Part shown: positions 11,649 through 22,154 of the stretch, piece by piece
Position numbering within the stretch: the stretch's first letter is position 1
Layout: each line of letters starts with the position of its first letter
Source: an uncultured Chthonomonadaceae bacterium
Lineage (GTDB): Bacteria > Armatimonadota > Chthonomonadetes > Chthonomonadales > Chthonomonadaceae
Reading direction: 5' to 3'
DNA length: 64,000 bases
Assembly (NCBI GenBank): GCA_963817895.1
Contig: CAWFQB010000004.1
Coordinates: 512,001 to 576,000, forward strand
Notes under the pieces: model-generated
The model's input: only the letters and a program-made list of their open reading frames with translations
Told to the model about the DNA's origin: nothing
Database searches by the model: none
Program-made: the position numbers and the translations under genes

Positions 11649-13705
11649 GTTCGGAACCTTACACTGTCTCAGATTCTAAAGGGAGATCATTACTGTTGAA
11701 AACATCGGCCCTGTTTGCTTCTCGTTTTCTCATCCTTTTGGCGTTATTGGCTTCAGGCGTTGGTTCCGCTTTGGCGCAGGGCAAGCCCAGACAGGCAACG
11801 CCGAAACAGGCTGCGTCAAAGCCGCCCGCAGCAAAACCCGTCGCGTCGAAAGCGGCGTGGACGCTGATGATTTATGAGGATGCCGATAATTCGCTCGAAA
11901 CTCCGCAAATGGCGAACGTCAAGGAGATGCTGCAAGTGGGCAGCAGCGAACAGGTACAGATCGTGATGCTGTGCGACCGCAGCCCGAAAAGCGTCCCGAA
12001 AGACCAGTACACGGACGAGGCTATTGGCGAATTGCCCGATTGGGCCGGGGCGAAACTGCTGCATGTGGAAAAAGGCAAACTGAAAGAACTGGCGGATTGG
12101 CACGAAACCAACATGGCGGATTCAGCCACCCTGCGCCGGTTTCTGGAAGCGGGCGCGAAAGCGTACCCTGCAGACCATTACGGCCTGATTATCGCCGATC
12201 ACGGTTCAGGATGGGAAGCGCTGTGCGTGGACGAGAGCAGCGGCGATAAGGTCATGAGCCTGCGCGATCTGCGGGCGGGATTGGAAGCGTTTACAGCCGC
12301 GCATGGCAAACTGGAAATGGTAGGATTGGATGCCTGCCTGATGGCGAGTTTTGAAACGGCGCAGGCTCTACAGCCGGTCGCGCATTACATGGTAGCGTCG
12401 GAAGAACTGGCTCCGGGGCGGGGCTGGAACTACGACGCGCTACTGAAAAAACTTGTTGAAACGCCAACAATGACGGGTTACGATCTGGGACGAACCATTG
12501 TAGATGCGTACACCATCCATTTTCGCGAATCCAAAGACCCCCTTGCGCAGTTTGAAGCGATGGGTACAACCCTTTCCGTGCTCGATTTGGAACAACTCCC
12601 CCTGCTTGTCAGCGCGATGAACGTGGCGGGAGATCGCTGTTCCAACGCGCTACGGGGCGGGCGTCCGGGCTGGATTAAAGTGGCGCGTTCGCGGGCGGCT
12701 TCCGAAGAATACGGCGCGTCGGGAGTGCGGGGCGAAGGCAGCGAGGAGGAGATGCACGACCTGATGGGCATCGCGCAATCGCTGGAAGCGTCGGGCGATC
12801 CCGCTGTGGCCGACGCGGGACGGCAGGTGGATGAGGCCATTCGCAAGGTAGTGCGTTATCTCATGCGCGGCCTTTGCCGTCCCCACGCGGGCGGCATCTC
12901 GGTGTATTTCCCCACAGATGGTATCACGCTGCAAGACGCGACGGGCGCGGCGTATCTGCATCGCACGTATGCCGGGGAGTGCCGCTGGATCAATTTTCTG
13001 AGTCTGTACTCCGTCGCCATCAACGACTTCGCGGAAAAACCCGTTCTGTTCCCCCTGAAATTTACCGGGAAAACAGCCTCGCTCAACAAACCCATTGAAA
13101 TTCTTTCTAAGACGGCTGATAAAGATGTAGACAAAGTCCACTTCCTGATGCTTGCCCATGACGGCCCGGATTTGCTTGTGATTGGACGCCTGCCCACCTT
13201 CGCCACGCCCGACGGCACGTTAGGGCAGCAGTTCAAGGGCTTATGGTTCATGTTGAGCGACAAGAAGCGGATTGTGACGTGTCCGATTACCTCGTTCGAG
13301 TCGCTGGACAGCAAGGGGACGCGCTATCTGGCCTACGTTCCCGCGCAAATCCGGCGGCGCGATACCGCCAAATGGATAGACGTGGAATTCACTTTTCTGA
13401 TAGACTCTCAGGGCAAAGCGCCGCACGGACAACTGCTGTATGCGTTTGCCGAAACCCCGCAGGGGCCACTGCAAATTCCGCTTTTGCCCGGTGATTCAAT
13501 TTTGCCCGTGTACACCCGTCTGACCGCCGAGGGCGGCATAAAGGACTGGACGGGCGGAGAAAAGGCCGCGATACATCTGGAGAATCCGGGCGATTTTACA
13601 CTGGGATGGGGCCAGATCAGCAAGGGCGCGTACCAACTCGGCTTTGAGGTAATTAATCTAGCGGGACTGCCTGCCGTGAAACTGGAAGATTTTATATTGG
13701 AGTAA
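11639..13705 (+). CDS. Secreted clostripain-family (C11) cysteine peptidase; true start probably near 11696
   Basis: Signal peptide; WTLMIYEDADNSLE, YPADHYGLIIADHGSGW (His), GLDACLM (Cys), YMVASEE. Confidence 0.85.
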   Translation: MSLRSEPYTVSDSKGRSLLLKTSALFASRFLILLALLASGVGSALAQGKPRQATPKQAASKPPAAKPVASKAAWTLMIYEDADNSLETPQMANVKEMLQVGSSEQVQIVMLCDRSPKSVPKDQYTDEAIGELPDWAGAKLLHVEKGKLKELADWHETNMADSATLRRFLEAGAKAYPADHYGLIIADHGSGWEALCVDESSGDKVMSLRDLRAGLEAFTAAHGKLEMVGLDACLMASFETAQALQPVAHYMVASEELAPGRGWNYDALLKKLVETPTMTGYDLGRTIVDAYTIHFRESKDPLAQFEAMGTTLSVLDLEQLPLLVSAMNVAGDRCSNALRGGRPGWIKVARSRAASEEYGASGVRGEGSEEEMHDLMGIAQSLEASGDPAVADAGRQVDEAIRKVVRYLMRGLCRPHAGGISVYFPTDGITLQDATGAAYLHRTYAGECRWINFLSLYSVAINDFAEKPVLFPLKFTGKTASLNKPIEILSKTADKDVDKVHFLMLAHDGPDLLVIGRLPTFATPDGTLGQQFKGLWFMLSDKKRIVTCPITSFESLDSKGTRYLAYVPAQIRRRDTAKWIDVEFTFLIDSQGKAPHGQLLYAFAETPQGPLQIPLLPGDSILPVYTRLTAEGGIKDWTGGEKAAIHLENPGDFTLGWGQISKGAYQLGFEVINLAGLPAVKLEDFILE

Positions 13706-13745
13706 ATCTACGGACGTAGATTTTCACAAGATGCAAAGGAGCAAC

Positions 13746-14543
13746 ATGAAACTGGGAGCGAATTCCGTGCTGTTTGGCGGGCATGATCTGGAAACGGCCT
13801 TCAAATATCTGAAACTGTCGGGCTATGACGGACTGGAACTGTCCGCCATTGACGGCATGAGCGAGCATCTGGTACTGGACAACTGGCGCGAACTGGCCCC
13901 GGAAATCAAGCGGCTGTCAATGGAATATGGGCTGGAACTGCTGGCAATGGAGCAGCCGAACCAGAACCCCGAAAAGATGGAACTGGCGTTTCAAGCTGCT
14001 GCGGAGATCGGTATTCCCATCGTCAACTGCGGCCCGGGCGGCAAATCGGATGATGAAAGCAGTTTGCAGGAAAGCATCAACTCGCTTGGAGCGCTTGCGG
14101 ACAGGGCGCAAACATACGGCGTCATTCTGTGTGTGAAGGCGCACGTCGGCGCAAGCATTTACAACACGCCCACAACATTACGGGCAATGGAAGCGATAAC
14201 GTCTTCGGCATTCGGCATTGACATGGACCCTTCGCACATCTGGCGGGCGGGCGAAAACCCCGTTGACGCCATTACCGCCGTCCTTTCCCGCGTGAAACAC
14301 GTCCATATCCGCGACTGCAAAGGCCGCCAGCAAAACCCCGGCAAGCCGGAAGACCAGGCGAACGGCAGGGGCGACATTGATCTCGTCGGCTACATTCGCG
14401 CCCTGCATACGGGCGGCTATGATGGCCCGGTGAACCTTGAAATCATCGGCGCGAAAACTTACGGAGTAGAACAATGCTGCATCATCGCCGCTAAATCGCG
14501 TGGTCACATGCAGGCGTGTTTGCAGGCTTGCGGAGCGCGTTAA
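13746..14543 (+). CDS. Sugar phosphate isomerase/epimerase (xylose isomerase-like TIM barrel)
   Basis: GYDGLEL, IDMDPSH, HVHIRD, GRGDID, GYDGPVNLE. Confidence 0.85.
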   Translation: MKLGANSVLFGGHDLETAFKYLKLSGYDGLELSAIDGMSEHLVLDNWRELAPEIKRLSMEYGLELLAMEQPNQNPEKMELAFQAAAEIGIPIVNCGPGGKSDDESSLQESINSLGALADRAQTYGVILCVKAHVGASIYNTPTTLRAMEAITSSAFGIDMDPSHIWRAGENPVDAITAVLSRVKHVHIRDCKGRQQNPGKPEDQANGRGDIDLVGYIRALHTGGYDGPVNLEIIGAKTYGVEQCCIIAAKSRGHMQACLQACGAR

Positions 14544-14811
14544 GCCTTGCCGGGTCTTTATCAGGAGGAGACGAAACGGTTAGTACGACTATGCTGTCAC
14601 TGAAAAAGCAATAGCATAAGAATGTATATGCAAACTGCTCCAGTTGCGGTATAATAAAACCCTGCTCGCTTCCTGATTGTTACCGGTGGATGTAGTCGTT
14701 CCTTGCTTATACAGATGGATTTCCCAATGTCACGACGCGGCAGAGACGTACTCCAATCATCTGCGGATGATTAAATCTTTGCGCGAAATCGCGCTGACAA
14801 GGAACAACCAC

Positions 14812-15829
14812 ATGTCTCTTGCTTTCCGTTCTCTGCTGTGCGACTGCCGTAAATTTGTCCGTCCGGTTCAACCAGAAAACCTGACTCGCGGCCTGCGAAC
14901 CGGCATGGCCTGTTTTGCGCTGGCGTTTCTGATTGTCGGAACCTGCCCGCTAACCGCCGGGGCGCAACTGACGATTGACAATCCCAATGGCGTGGGAAGC
15001 ACGGTCTTTTCGGGTATGGACGGCAACAACGTCGTGGGCGGGTATGTAGACAGCATGATGCGCGACCATGGCTTCCTCTACAATGGTCAAACCTTCACAC
15101 CAATAGACGTCCCTAACGCCCTGTTAACCGATCCCTTCGCAGTTTCAGGAAACAACATCGTGGGTTCCTATACGGATAGCATGATGCGCGATCATGGCTT
15201 CCTCTACAATGGCGCTACTTTCACAACGCTTGATGTTGCCGGGAGTATCGGAACACAGGCGCACGGCATTTCGGGCAATCATATCGTCGGCGAATACGTG
15301 GACAGCTCGTTTAATGTTCTCGGTTTTCTGTACGACGGCGCTAACTTCACCACGCTGAACGGCCCGATTGGAGCAACGCAAACTGTCGCCTACGGTATTG
15401 AGGGCAACAACATCGTGGGAACCTATGCGGACGCCACCGGCACGGATCACGGTTTCCTGTACGACGGCGCGACCTATACAACGTTCACCGACCCGAACGC
15501 GGGAACCGGTTTCGACATCGGCACGTACGCCAGCGCGATTTCAAGGCAGCACAATCCTGGGTTCCTATACCGATGCAGGTGGAACCAATCACGGCTTCCT
15601 GTACGACGGCTTCCACTTCACTGCGATAGACAATCCGCTTGCCGGACCGAGGGGAACATTTGCCTTCGGACTTTCCAATGGCAGAATCTCCGGCACCTAC
15701 TACGACGCGCTCGGAAACACGCATGGCTATATCGTTCCCGAACCCGGCAGTCTCGCCCTGCTCGGCGGGCTTGTTCTGTCCCTGCTTCCGCTCAAACGCC
15801 GCCGACACAGGAAACAGACTGCGCCGTAA
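14812..15829 (+). CDS. PEP-CTERM protein with ~41-aa HGFLY(N/D)G repeats, frameshift near 15545
   Basis: Signal peptide ending AGAQ; five xGFLY(N/D)G repeats; C-terminal VPEPGSLALLGGLVLSLLPLKRRR in second frame. Confidence 0.85.
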
Positions 15830-15868
15830 ATCATTCCGTACCATCGGCGCGTGAAACGTTCGTGTCTG

Positions 15869-15877
15869 TGTTATAAT
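15869..15877 (+). promoter_or_regulatory. Putative extended -10 promoter of the TA operon
   Basis: TGtTATAAT about 30 bp upstream of GGAGG and ATG 15909. Confidence 0.5.
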
Positions 15878-15908
15878 TTGGTAAGAATAGGAATGGAGGC
15901 AGAGAAAA

Positions 15909-16127
15909 ATGGCACAAGCACAAACTTATGAAGGAACCCCTGAGCAACTTGTGAAGCAGTTGAGCAAATTGCCGGGTACGCGCAAATACAAGATTACGGT
16001 TACGCCTGACGAGTCGCCCACAGCCACAACGTCAAAGATGATTACCTTCGGTATGTTTCCTCAACTCCAATCGCTGACGGAAGAGGATTTCAAAAGCGCA
16101 GAATGGCGAGAGGACGTTGAGTTTTAG
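15909..16127 (+). CDS. Putative antitoxin (VapB-like position)
   Basis: 72 aa, acidic tail (LTEEDFKSAEW), stop overlaps start of PIN gene. Confidence 0.65.
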   Translation: MAQAQTYEGTPEQLVKQLSKLPGTRKYKITVTPDESPTATTSKMITFGMFPQLQSLTEEDFKSAEWREDVEF

Positions 16128-16477
16128 TGGAAACCAAGCACTTTGTAGATACTCACGCCTTCCTCTGGTATCTGGCGGGAAGTCCCTTGCTTGGCGAGAA
16201 CGCAAAAGCGATTTTGCAGGAACCTGCTAGCGCATTACTTCTTCCCGCCACCGCTCTGGCAGAAGCCTGCTGGATTGTGCAGCGAGGCCGCGTGGCGCTT
16301 ACCATCTCAGATATATTGACGGCTATTGATAATGACCCTCGTATTGTCATTGTTCCTCTTGACCGAACGATCATTGAGCGAAGTAATACGCTGACTGCCA
16401 TCGGAGAAATGCACGACCGGCAGATCGTAGCCACAGCCCTTGTTTTTCAGGATCAGGGCGAGACAGTTGATTTGCTA
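16127..16477 (+). pseudogene. vapC: VapC/PIN-domain toxin truncated at C-terminus by insertion
   Basis: FVDTHAFLWY, LAEA, MHDRQIVATA; reading runs into foreign/IS sequence after ETVDLL. Confidence 0.8.
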
Positions 16478-16496
16478 GACGTGTACCCTGTTTTCT

Positions 16497-18220
16497 GGTT
16501 CACCGCTGCTTTTGGTGAGCGGGAGGCAGGCTCTGTTGTCCGTACAATTTTGCCGTCTGTTTCAGGTGGCTTGCACCCTCGGCAGCACCCGCGCCCGCAG
16601 CAGATCGAAACTTGGCGCGTCCGTACATGGAACGCTTCACCAGTTTGAGACGGTTCACCTGCCCTCAATCTGACCATTGCTCCATGGCAGCGACAAACCG
16701 GCTTCGACCGCTGCCAAGTCCTGCTTGAGACTGGCAGCAAAACGGGCCAACACCGTATTGCCGCTGTCGGTGGCGGCTTGCATCCAGGCGGGCAGCGCCG
16801 CTTTATTGCGCTTACGTACCATGCCCAGGAACTGCTGCGCCAGATCATAGGCGCTCTGCAAGGCGGGACATTGCTGCCACAAAGCCGTGAGAAATGCTTG
16901 TTGCTTGGCGTCTAAGTCTTGCGTTCGGCACAGGAACCAGGCCGCAATTTGCCGTGTCGCGGGTACTTTGGGCATAGGGGCTTTCTCCTGCGCCTGACGC
17001 AGAGCGGTGACATAGCGGCATACCCACGAGGCGACGCCCGTGTAGCCCTGCTCTTTGAGTTCACGCGCCAGTTGGCAGGCATTGCGGCAGCCTTCCTGCC
17101 AGCGTTTATGCAGATACGGCTTGAACGGGTCTAACGAGGTTGGCTCAGGCGAACGCGGGGCGCGCTCCGGGAACGTCCCTGCCCGTATATAGTGAGCGAC
17201 CGTCGCCCGCGCTACATCCAGTCGGCGCGCAATCTCGCGTTGCTCGATGCCTTGCTGGTGCAGTTGCACCACCTGTTCATAGCGTTCCAAGCGTTTGCGA
17301 CGGCGCTCCTGGCTTTCTTCCTCCGCCATCTTGCCCTTCGTAGGCGGCCAAGCAACGGCGATAGGTTCTTGCAAGGCAGGCGCGGCCTGTTTCAACGCGG
17401 CCCGGTTCTGGTCGAGAACCCGCTCCAGCGTTTCAGACAGGTTCTTGAGCAAGTGCCAGCGATCCGCCACCTGAACGGCGTTGGGAGCGCCTTGCCTGGC
17501 TCCGTCAGCATACGCGCCTGCGCGGTCACGGCTGAGTATCTCCACGCCGGGATGCGCTTGCAGCCAGGTTGTCAGGCTCTGCGAAGTGGCATCGGGGAGC
17601 AGGTCAACGACGCGATGCTGCTCCAGGTCCACCAGAATGGTTCCATAACGGCGGCCTTTGCGGAACGCCCAATCGTCTACACCCAACACCCGCACGGGGG
17701 CAGCGCCTCGTTGCGGCGCCGACACTGGCCTGCCGAAGACGGCGCAGGAGGGTGTTGGGACTGACGAGCAGCCCTAAACTGACGGCCAACCGCGCTCCGG
17801 CTTCGCCGCCCAGAGCGTAGCCGAGCAGATACAAAGCATGGTGCAGGCGGTTTGTCTTGCGCGCATAGCGGGCCGCGAGATCAGGAAGCGGCTCGGTGAA
17901 GATGCGGCGTGAGCATCCAGGCTGGTCGCAGAAGAACTTGCGCGCCTGCACATTGATCTGCACGGCAACGCGGTTCCAGGGCATGTCGGCCAGAGTACGC
18001 GCGTAGCGGCTATGCACTCGCGCCGAAGCGTGTTGGCACACAGGGGCAGGTCGCCGAAGTCGCCACGACAGCCAGGTCAATGACGATCTTGTCGGCCGTG
18101 CTGGTGACTTGCACAACGCGCAGGCCGTCGCCTGTGGGCAGCAAAGTAGAAGTAGACATACTTCTTTTTACTGGCTGCCATTTACCCGCAGTTCCTTTTC
18201 ACCAAAAGCGGCGGTGAACC
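16497..18220 (-). mobile_element. ISL3-family insertion sequence (~1.72 kb)
   Basis: 22-bp terminal IRs beginning GG with one mismatch: 16497-16518 ggttcaccgctgcttttggtga and 18199-18220; encloses transposase. Confidence 0.92.
16562..18159 (-). CDS. ISL3 transposase, several frameshifts
   Basis: Zn-finger CPVC-like/CDQPGC region, GVDDWAFRKGRRYGTILVDLE, SRDR, QVADRWHL, SNGQIEG, VNRLKLVKRSMYGRA. Confidence 0.9.
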
Positions 18221-18243
18221 AATTTATCGGGGGACAGGTCAAA

Positions 18244-18892
18244 TTACGCATGGCTGCCACCCGTACGCTTGTACAAAATAAAGGAGTAGGCGGCGGGAAT
18301 CAACAGGGCCACCATCAGGAAGATTGTACTCGCCGCTACCGGCGCGCCCAACCAGATGGCAATGGCCCCGATAATGCCTGCGCCCGTCAGCAAATAGCCC
18401 CCCAGACGATGCGTTGCCACCCATACCTCATCGCTCGCCAGTGTCCAGGGGGTGCGTATGCCCATCCACAAATTGCGCTTTACGCGCCCAAGCACGTTGC
18501 CCATCAGCGCCAGAAGCAGAAACAGGCCAACCAGCAGGCTGCGTCCGAATTCCAGAGTGGGATGCAGCGCCGCCTGTAGCATAATGATGTGGATATAGCC
18601 CATTAGCGCCGTACATATCAGCATCAGGTAATCGAACGTTTTGCGGAACGATGTTACGCTGAAATTGTCGGGCGACCGCAGCGGCAGCGTCACCTGCATC
18701 CCGATCAATGCCAGCATCACGCTCGGCATCAGCCACACCGCCAGACTTTTTCTCGGCCCAGCCATCTACCTGCCCGCGCAGGTTCCAGTGGATCGGGATG
18801 CTGTCCGGCAATTGCGGGTAAAGCGCCAGGGAATATACGATTGCGGCGGCGAGTAATCCGCCCGCGATAAACAATGCCTGTCTGGATTTCAT
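18244..18892 (-). CDS. sdpI: SdpI-family immunity membrane protein (DUF1648 N-terminus), frameshift near 18755
   Basis: LPDSIPIHWNLRGQVDGW; NLWMGIRTPWTLASDEVWVATHRLGG. Confidence 0.88.
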
Positions 18893-19236
18893 AGGTCTGA
18901 CCTCGCTGCGCTGGAAACGGCGTCACATGCGATCGTTGTTGGGAATGGATCCTCGCCCGGCTGAAGTGTTTCGCCAGGTTCCGGCGCGAACACATTCAGC
19001 AGAACGCTCATTACGTCCTGAAAAACCGTTGTATTGAGGGCATACACGATCTGCTGCCCTTTGCGCGTGGCCGTCACCAGTTCCGCCTGCTTGAGCAGAT
19101 TGAAATGGTGCGACATGGAAGGGGCAGAAATACCGAAATGCGCCGCCAACTCCCCGGCAGGCATCTCGCGCTGCCGCAGCAGTTTGAGAATGTGCCGACG
19201 GGTAGGGTCCGCCAATGCTTTGAACACCAAATCCAT
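18889..19236 (-). CDS. sdpR: ArsR-family autorepressor SdpR-like
   Basis: FKALADPTRRHIL...AGELA...SMSHHFNLLKQAELV...GQQIVYALNTTVFQ; 4-bp overlap with sdpI. Confidence 0.88.
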   Translation of the reverse strand: MDLVFKALADPTRRHILKLLRQREMPAGELAAHFGISAPSMSHHFNLLKQAELVTATRKGQQIVYALNTTVFQDVMSVLLNVFAPEPGETLQPGEDPFPTTIACDAVSSAARSDL

Positions 19237-19254
19237 AGGCTGCCGTCCTCTTCG

Positions 19255-19292
19255 CTGTATATTAGATGATTAGTCAATTGTCTAATATACAG
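19255..19292. promoter_or_regulatory. Putative SdpR operator (12-14-12 inverted repeat)
   Basis: ctgtatattaga-N14-tctaatatacag perfect IR, 19 bp upstream of sdpR start. Confidence 0.75.
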
Positions 19293-19582
19293 TGTACTGA
19301 CAAGACTCTCGTTTGTCAAGGGTGGGAAGGAGTAAATTGAACATGCGCGAACCGAAAATGGCGAACCTGAGTTATATTGACAATTTGCCGCGTTCTGTAC
19401 GCCGCCACACATGGAGAATCAGGTAGGAAGTGAGCATCCACACACAACTGCGCGTGACAACAATGCAGATTCCCGCAGGCAAGTAGAACGAAGCGCCACT
19501 ACTCTTGCCGGGAAACTCGTTCTACAGGCGCAAAGAGTTTGCGCCTGCTCCCGTATCATCTCCGCTATACTTCACGCAGCCA

Positions 19583-19855
19583 TCAATCTTCGCTGATTTC
19601 TACGCCATGTGTTCTGGCGGCTTGTTTGATACGATTCTTGATCTTGGTTACGTCAGCCGCCTCGTACCTGGCGGCATTGTCCTTATGGTTGATGTATTGC
19701 CAGGCGGCGCGCACATGTTCGGGCGTATCAATGGGGTATTTCTTGTTCGTTGTATCCGCGAACTCCACATCTCCGTAGCGATGTTCGCCCTCGTCGGGGT
19801 TTACATCGTCTCGTTTTTCCACCTTGCTGCCGGACTGACTTTTCGTATCGCTCAT
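19583..19855 (-). CDS. Small conserved protein (DUF6582-like)
   Basis: YGDVEFADTTNKKYPIDTPEHVRAAWQYI; AAAGGAG RBS. Confidence 0.7.
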   Translation of the reverse strand: MSDTKSQSGSKVEKRDDVNPDEGEHRYGDVEFADTTNKKYPIDTPEHVRAAWQYINHKDNAARYEAADVTKIKNRIKQAARTHGVEISED

Positions 19856-20222
19856 CGTTGATCTCCTTTGCACTGATCACCGCATCGTGACAGTCTCTAT
19901 TCTTCATGACTGTATATCTGTTTCAAGCCATTTAGGCAGGAGAATGACTTCTGCCGTTTTCAACAAAGAGACTGTGCCAATAACTTACGATGTTCCAAAA
20001 AGTCCGCGTGTCCATGTGCCGAAGCGCAATGAGAAACACGCGGATTCCTCTACTCCTGGCAGGATTTCCGCAACCCCGTCTGTAATCATTAGTGAAATGG
20101 GAAACATAGCTATGGCGGTTTCCATTGAAGGGCGACACCTTTACCGTCTCATGTCGGAACAGTTGGAATACTATAACCGCAACAGGCGTCTCGTCCACTT
20201 GCCCTGATAGAAAGGCCTCCTG

Positions 20223-20738
20223 ATGCGACATTCTTCTGACCAGGTTGCTATTGACCTGATTGCCCTTGCTATTGTGCGTCACGAAGACAAAATTGTGCTT
20301 GTCCAGCAGCGATTGAGCGATGGCGTTGCGCCTACGTGGGTGATTCCAGGTGGCCTGGTAGAAGCGGGAGAACTCGTTAGCGAAGCCCTGGTTCGGGAAG
20401 TACGGGAAGAAGCGGGCGTACATGTTGAGGAAGTGGGACATCTCGCCTGTGTGATGCAGATTGATCGTCCCGTCCATCACGCGCAAACTCTTGCCTACTT
20501 CTTCGAGGTCGCGAAATGGCACGGAGAGTTGGGCGTCCATGATCCTGATAACGAAGTGCTGGCGGTGGAACTCGTGTCGCTCGTTGATGTTATTACAAGG
20601 CTACAGAGCAATGGCGGCTGGCCCTGTATTCAAACGCCTCTAATCGCCTATCTGAAGCGCGAAATGGCAGCAGGGGCCTTCTGGCTCTATCGAGAAGACG
20701 TAAAGGGGCAGCATCTTATCGCCCGGATGCCAAAGTAA
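20223..20738 (+). CDS. NUDIX hydrolase
   Basis: Nudix box PGGLVEAGELVSEALVREVREEAG. Confidence 0.88.
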   Translation: MRHSSDQVAIDLIALAIVRHEDKIVLVQQRLSDGVAPTWVIPGGLVEAGELVSEALVREVREEAGVHVEEVGHLACVMQIDRPVHHAQTLAYFFEVAKWHGELGVHDPDNEVLAVELVSLVDVITRLQSNGGWPCIQTPLIAYLKREMAAGAFWLYREDVKGQHLIARMPK

Positions 20739-20797
20739 CATGAAAAACTTCGCGCCCAAAATGCCGCTTTGTAGAACTTAACCGCTCACGCGCCATT

Positions 20798-21037
20798 GTG
20801 AACCGACAACCTCAACCGGTGCGTCGCATCCACATCATCGGCATGGCAGGCAGTGACAAAACCACGCTGGCTCGTCAAGTTGCCGCTCGTTTGAAGGCAT
20901 CCTGCTACGAATTGGATGTGATCGGTTATGAAAACGGTTCGGGCGCGAAACGCTCACGGGAACAACGTCAGGCCGACATTCAGAGCATTCTCGCGCAACC
21001 CTGTTGGCAAGGTCGTACATTGTCGCCGTCCTGCTGA
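20798..21037 (+). pseudogene. Truncated P-loop kinase/topology-modulation (FlaR-like) fragment
   Basis: RIHIIGMAGSDKTTLA (degenerate Walker A), YELD, ends after ~79 aa. Confidence 0.6.
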
Positions 21038-21116
21038 TGTCAAAGTGTTCTTGAAGCAGATCGCATAAGGACATTCAGATACATCATCAATCAACATGAT
21101 CTCCGCCCTTTTCCAC

Positions 21117-22154
21117 TTATGGCGCCTTGTTCTCCCCTGACCTGTTTGCATCTTGTGGCTTGCGATAGCGGGGAAACGCTTTACGAACGTGAAATCCCAC
21201 GCTGCCATACAGGTTTTTGGCCTGCGTTGGAAACTCCGAAACGGTGTGCAGCCGAACCACGCTGACGCCCTGCCCTTGCAAAGCGCGTAATCCGAAAGCC
21301 AGCAGACCGCGCGCCAGACCGCGCCGTCGCCACTGTGGACCTACACTCACTTCGTACACTTCCCCACGCCCGCGCTCGATCTTGCACAACACCTGTCCGG
21401 CGACTTCCTCACCATCCCAGGCGACCTGCCACAAAGCCGGATCATGCCCGGATGCCTCAAAGTAGGCGCGGAACCGTTCCTCGGTGGGGTCTTCTGCGTA
21501 GCGCCCTTTCGCATACGATTCTTGAATGCTGCCCCAAACGGCGCGGTAGTGTAGGGGTGTCAGCGGACGCAGTTCCAGGCTGGCGGGCAAGTTCGGTTCC
21601 GGCATACGCGAGAAGTCGGTGAGTTCCATATCCAGAACCGTGTACGCTGCATAGTAGCCGTTTTCACATAACAAGGCGGTGGCTTCGACTTCCGTGTTGG
21701 TGGCGTTAGAGGCATATTCCCATTGACCCTGTGTGGGATGCTCGAAGGCCAGTTTTTGGATGCGCGTTTCGGCCCAGTATAGCATGGCGGTTCCAATGCC
21801 TTTGCCACGCCAAGTGGGAACCACCCAGCCAGTCGTCAGATACACCCACATGCCATCCGTCTCTGTCCACCAGTTGATCCGGCTGTACCCGATAACTTCC
21901 CCGTTGACCTCTGCGATCAGCCAATTGGAGTTGTGTCCTTCTTGAACGACTTGCGCGATCCAGCGAGCAAGGTCTTCTTGCGTCGGCGTATGTTCTATTG
22001 AGGACAGCCGATCTGTCTGGTCGTGGTCGGCGCGCTGCTCATGGACGCGAAACAACGCTTCGGCATCCCTCGCATCAGAGACATGGCGAAAGCGCAGTCC
22101 CGCGATAGCAGGAGCCTTTTCGAGAACAGGGTTCATGGCTTGAGATTGGTTCAT
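21117..22154 (-). CDS. Tandem-GNAT acetyltransferase
   Basis: Two acetyl-CoA motifs VVPTWRGKGIG and VGPQWRRRGLA; ATGA-coupled to upstream gene. Confidence 0.85.
   Translation of the reverse strand: MNQSQAMNPVLEKAPAIAGLRFRHVSDARDAEALFRVHEQRADHDQTDRLSSIEHTPTQEDLARWIAQVVQEGHNSNWLIAEVNGEVIGYSRINWWTETDGMWVYLTTGWVVPTWRGKGIGTAMLYWAETRIQKLAFEHPTQGQWEYASNATNTEVEATALLCENGYYAAYTVLDMELTDFSRMPEPNLPASLELRPLTPLHYRAVWGSIQESYAKGRYAEDPTEERFRAYFEASGHDPALWQVAWDGEEVAGQVLCKIERGRGEVYEVSVGPQWRRRGLARGLLAFGLRALQGQGVSVVRLHTVSEFPTQAKNLYGSVGFHVRKAFPRYRKPQDANRSGENKAP

Noticed and set aside
16562..18159. Programmed frameshifting in the transposase or other split genes
   Set aside because: ISL3 transposases are single ORFs; breaks are numerous, lack consistent slippery motifs and occur window-wide.
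19887..20207. 106-aa ORF upstream of NUDIX gene
   Set aside because: No motif, clear RBS or homology that I can recognise.
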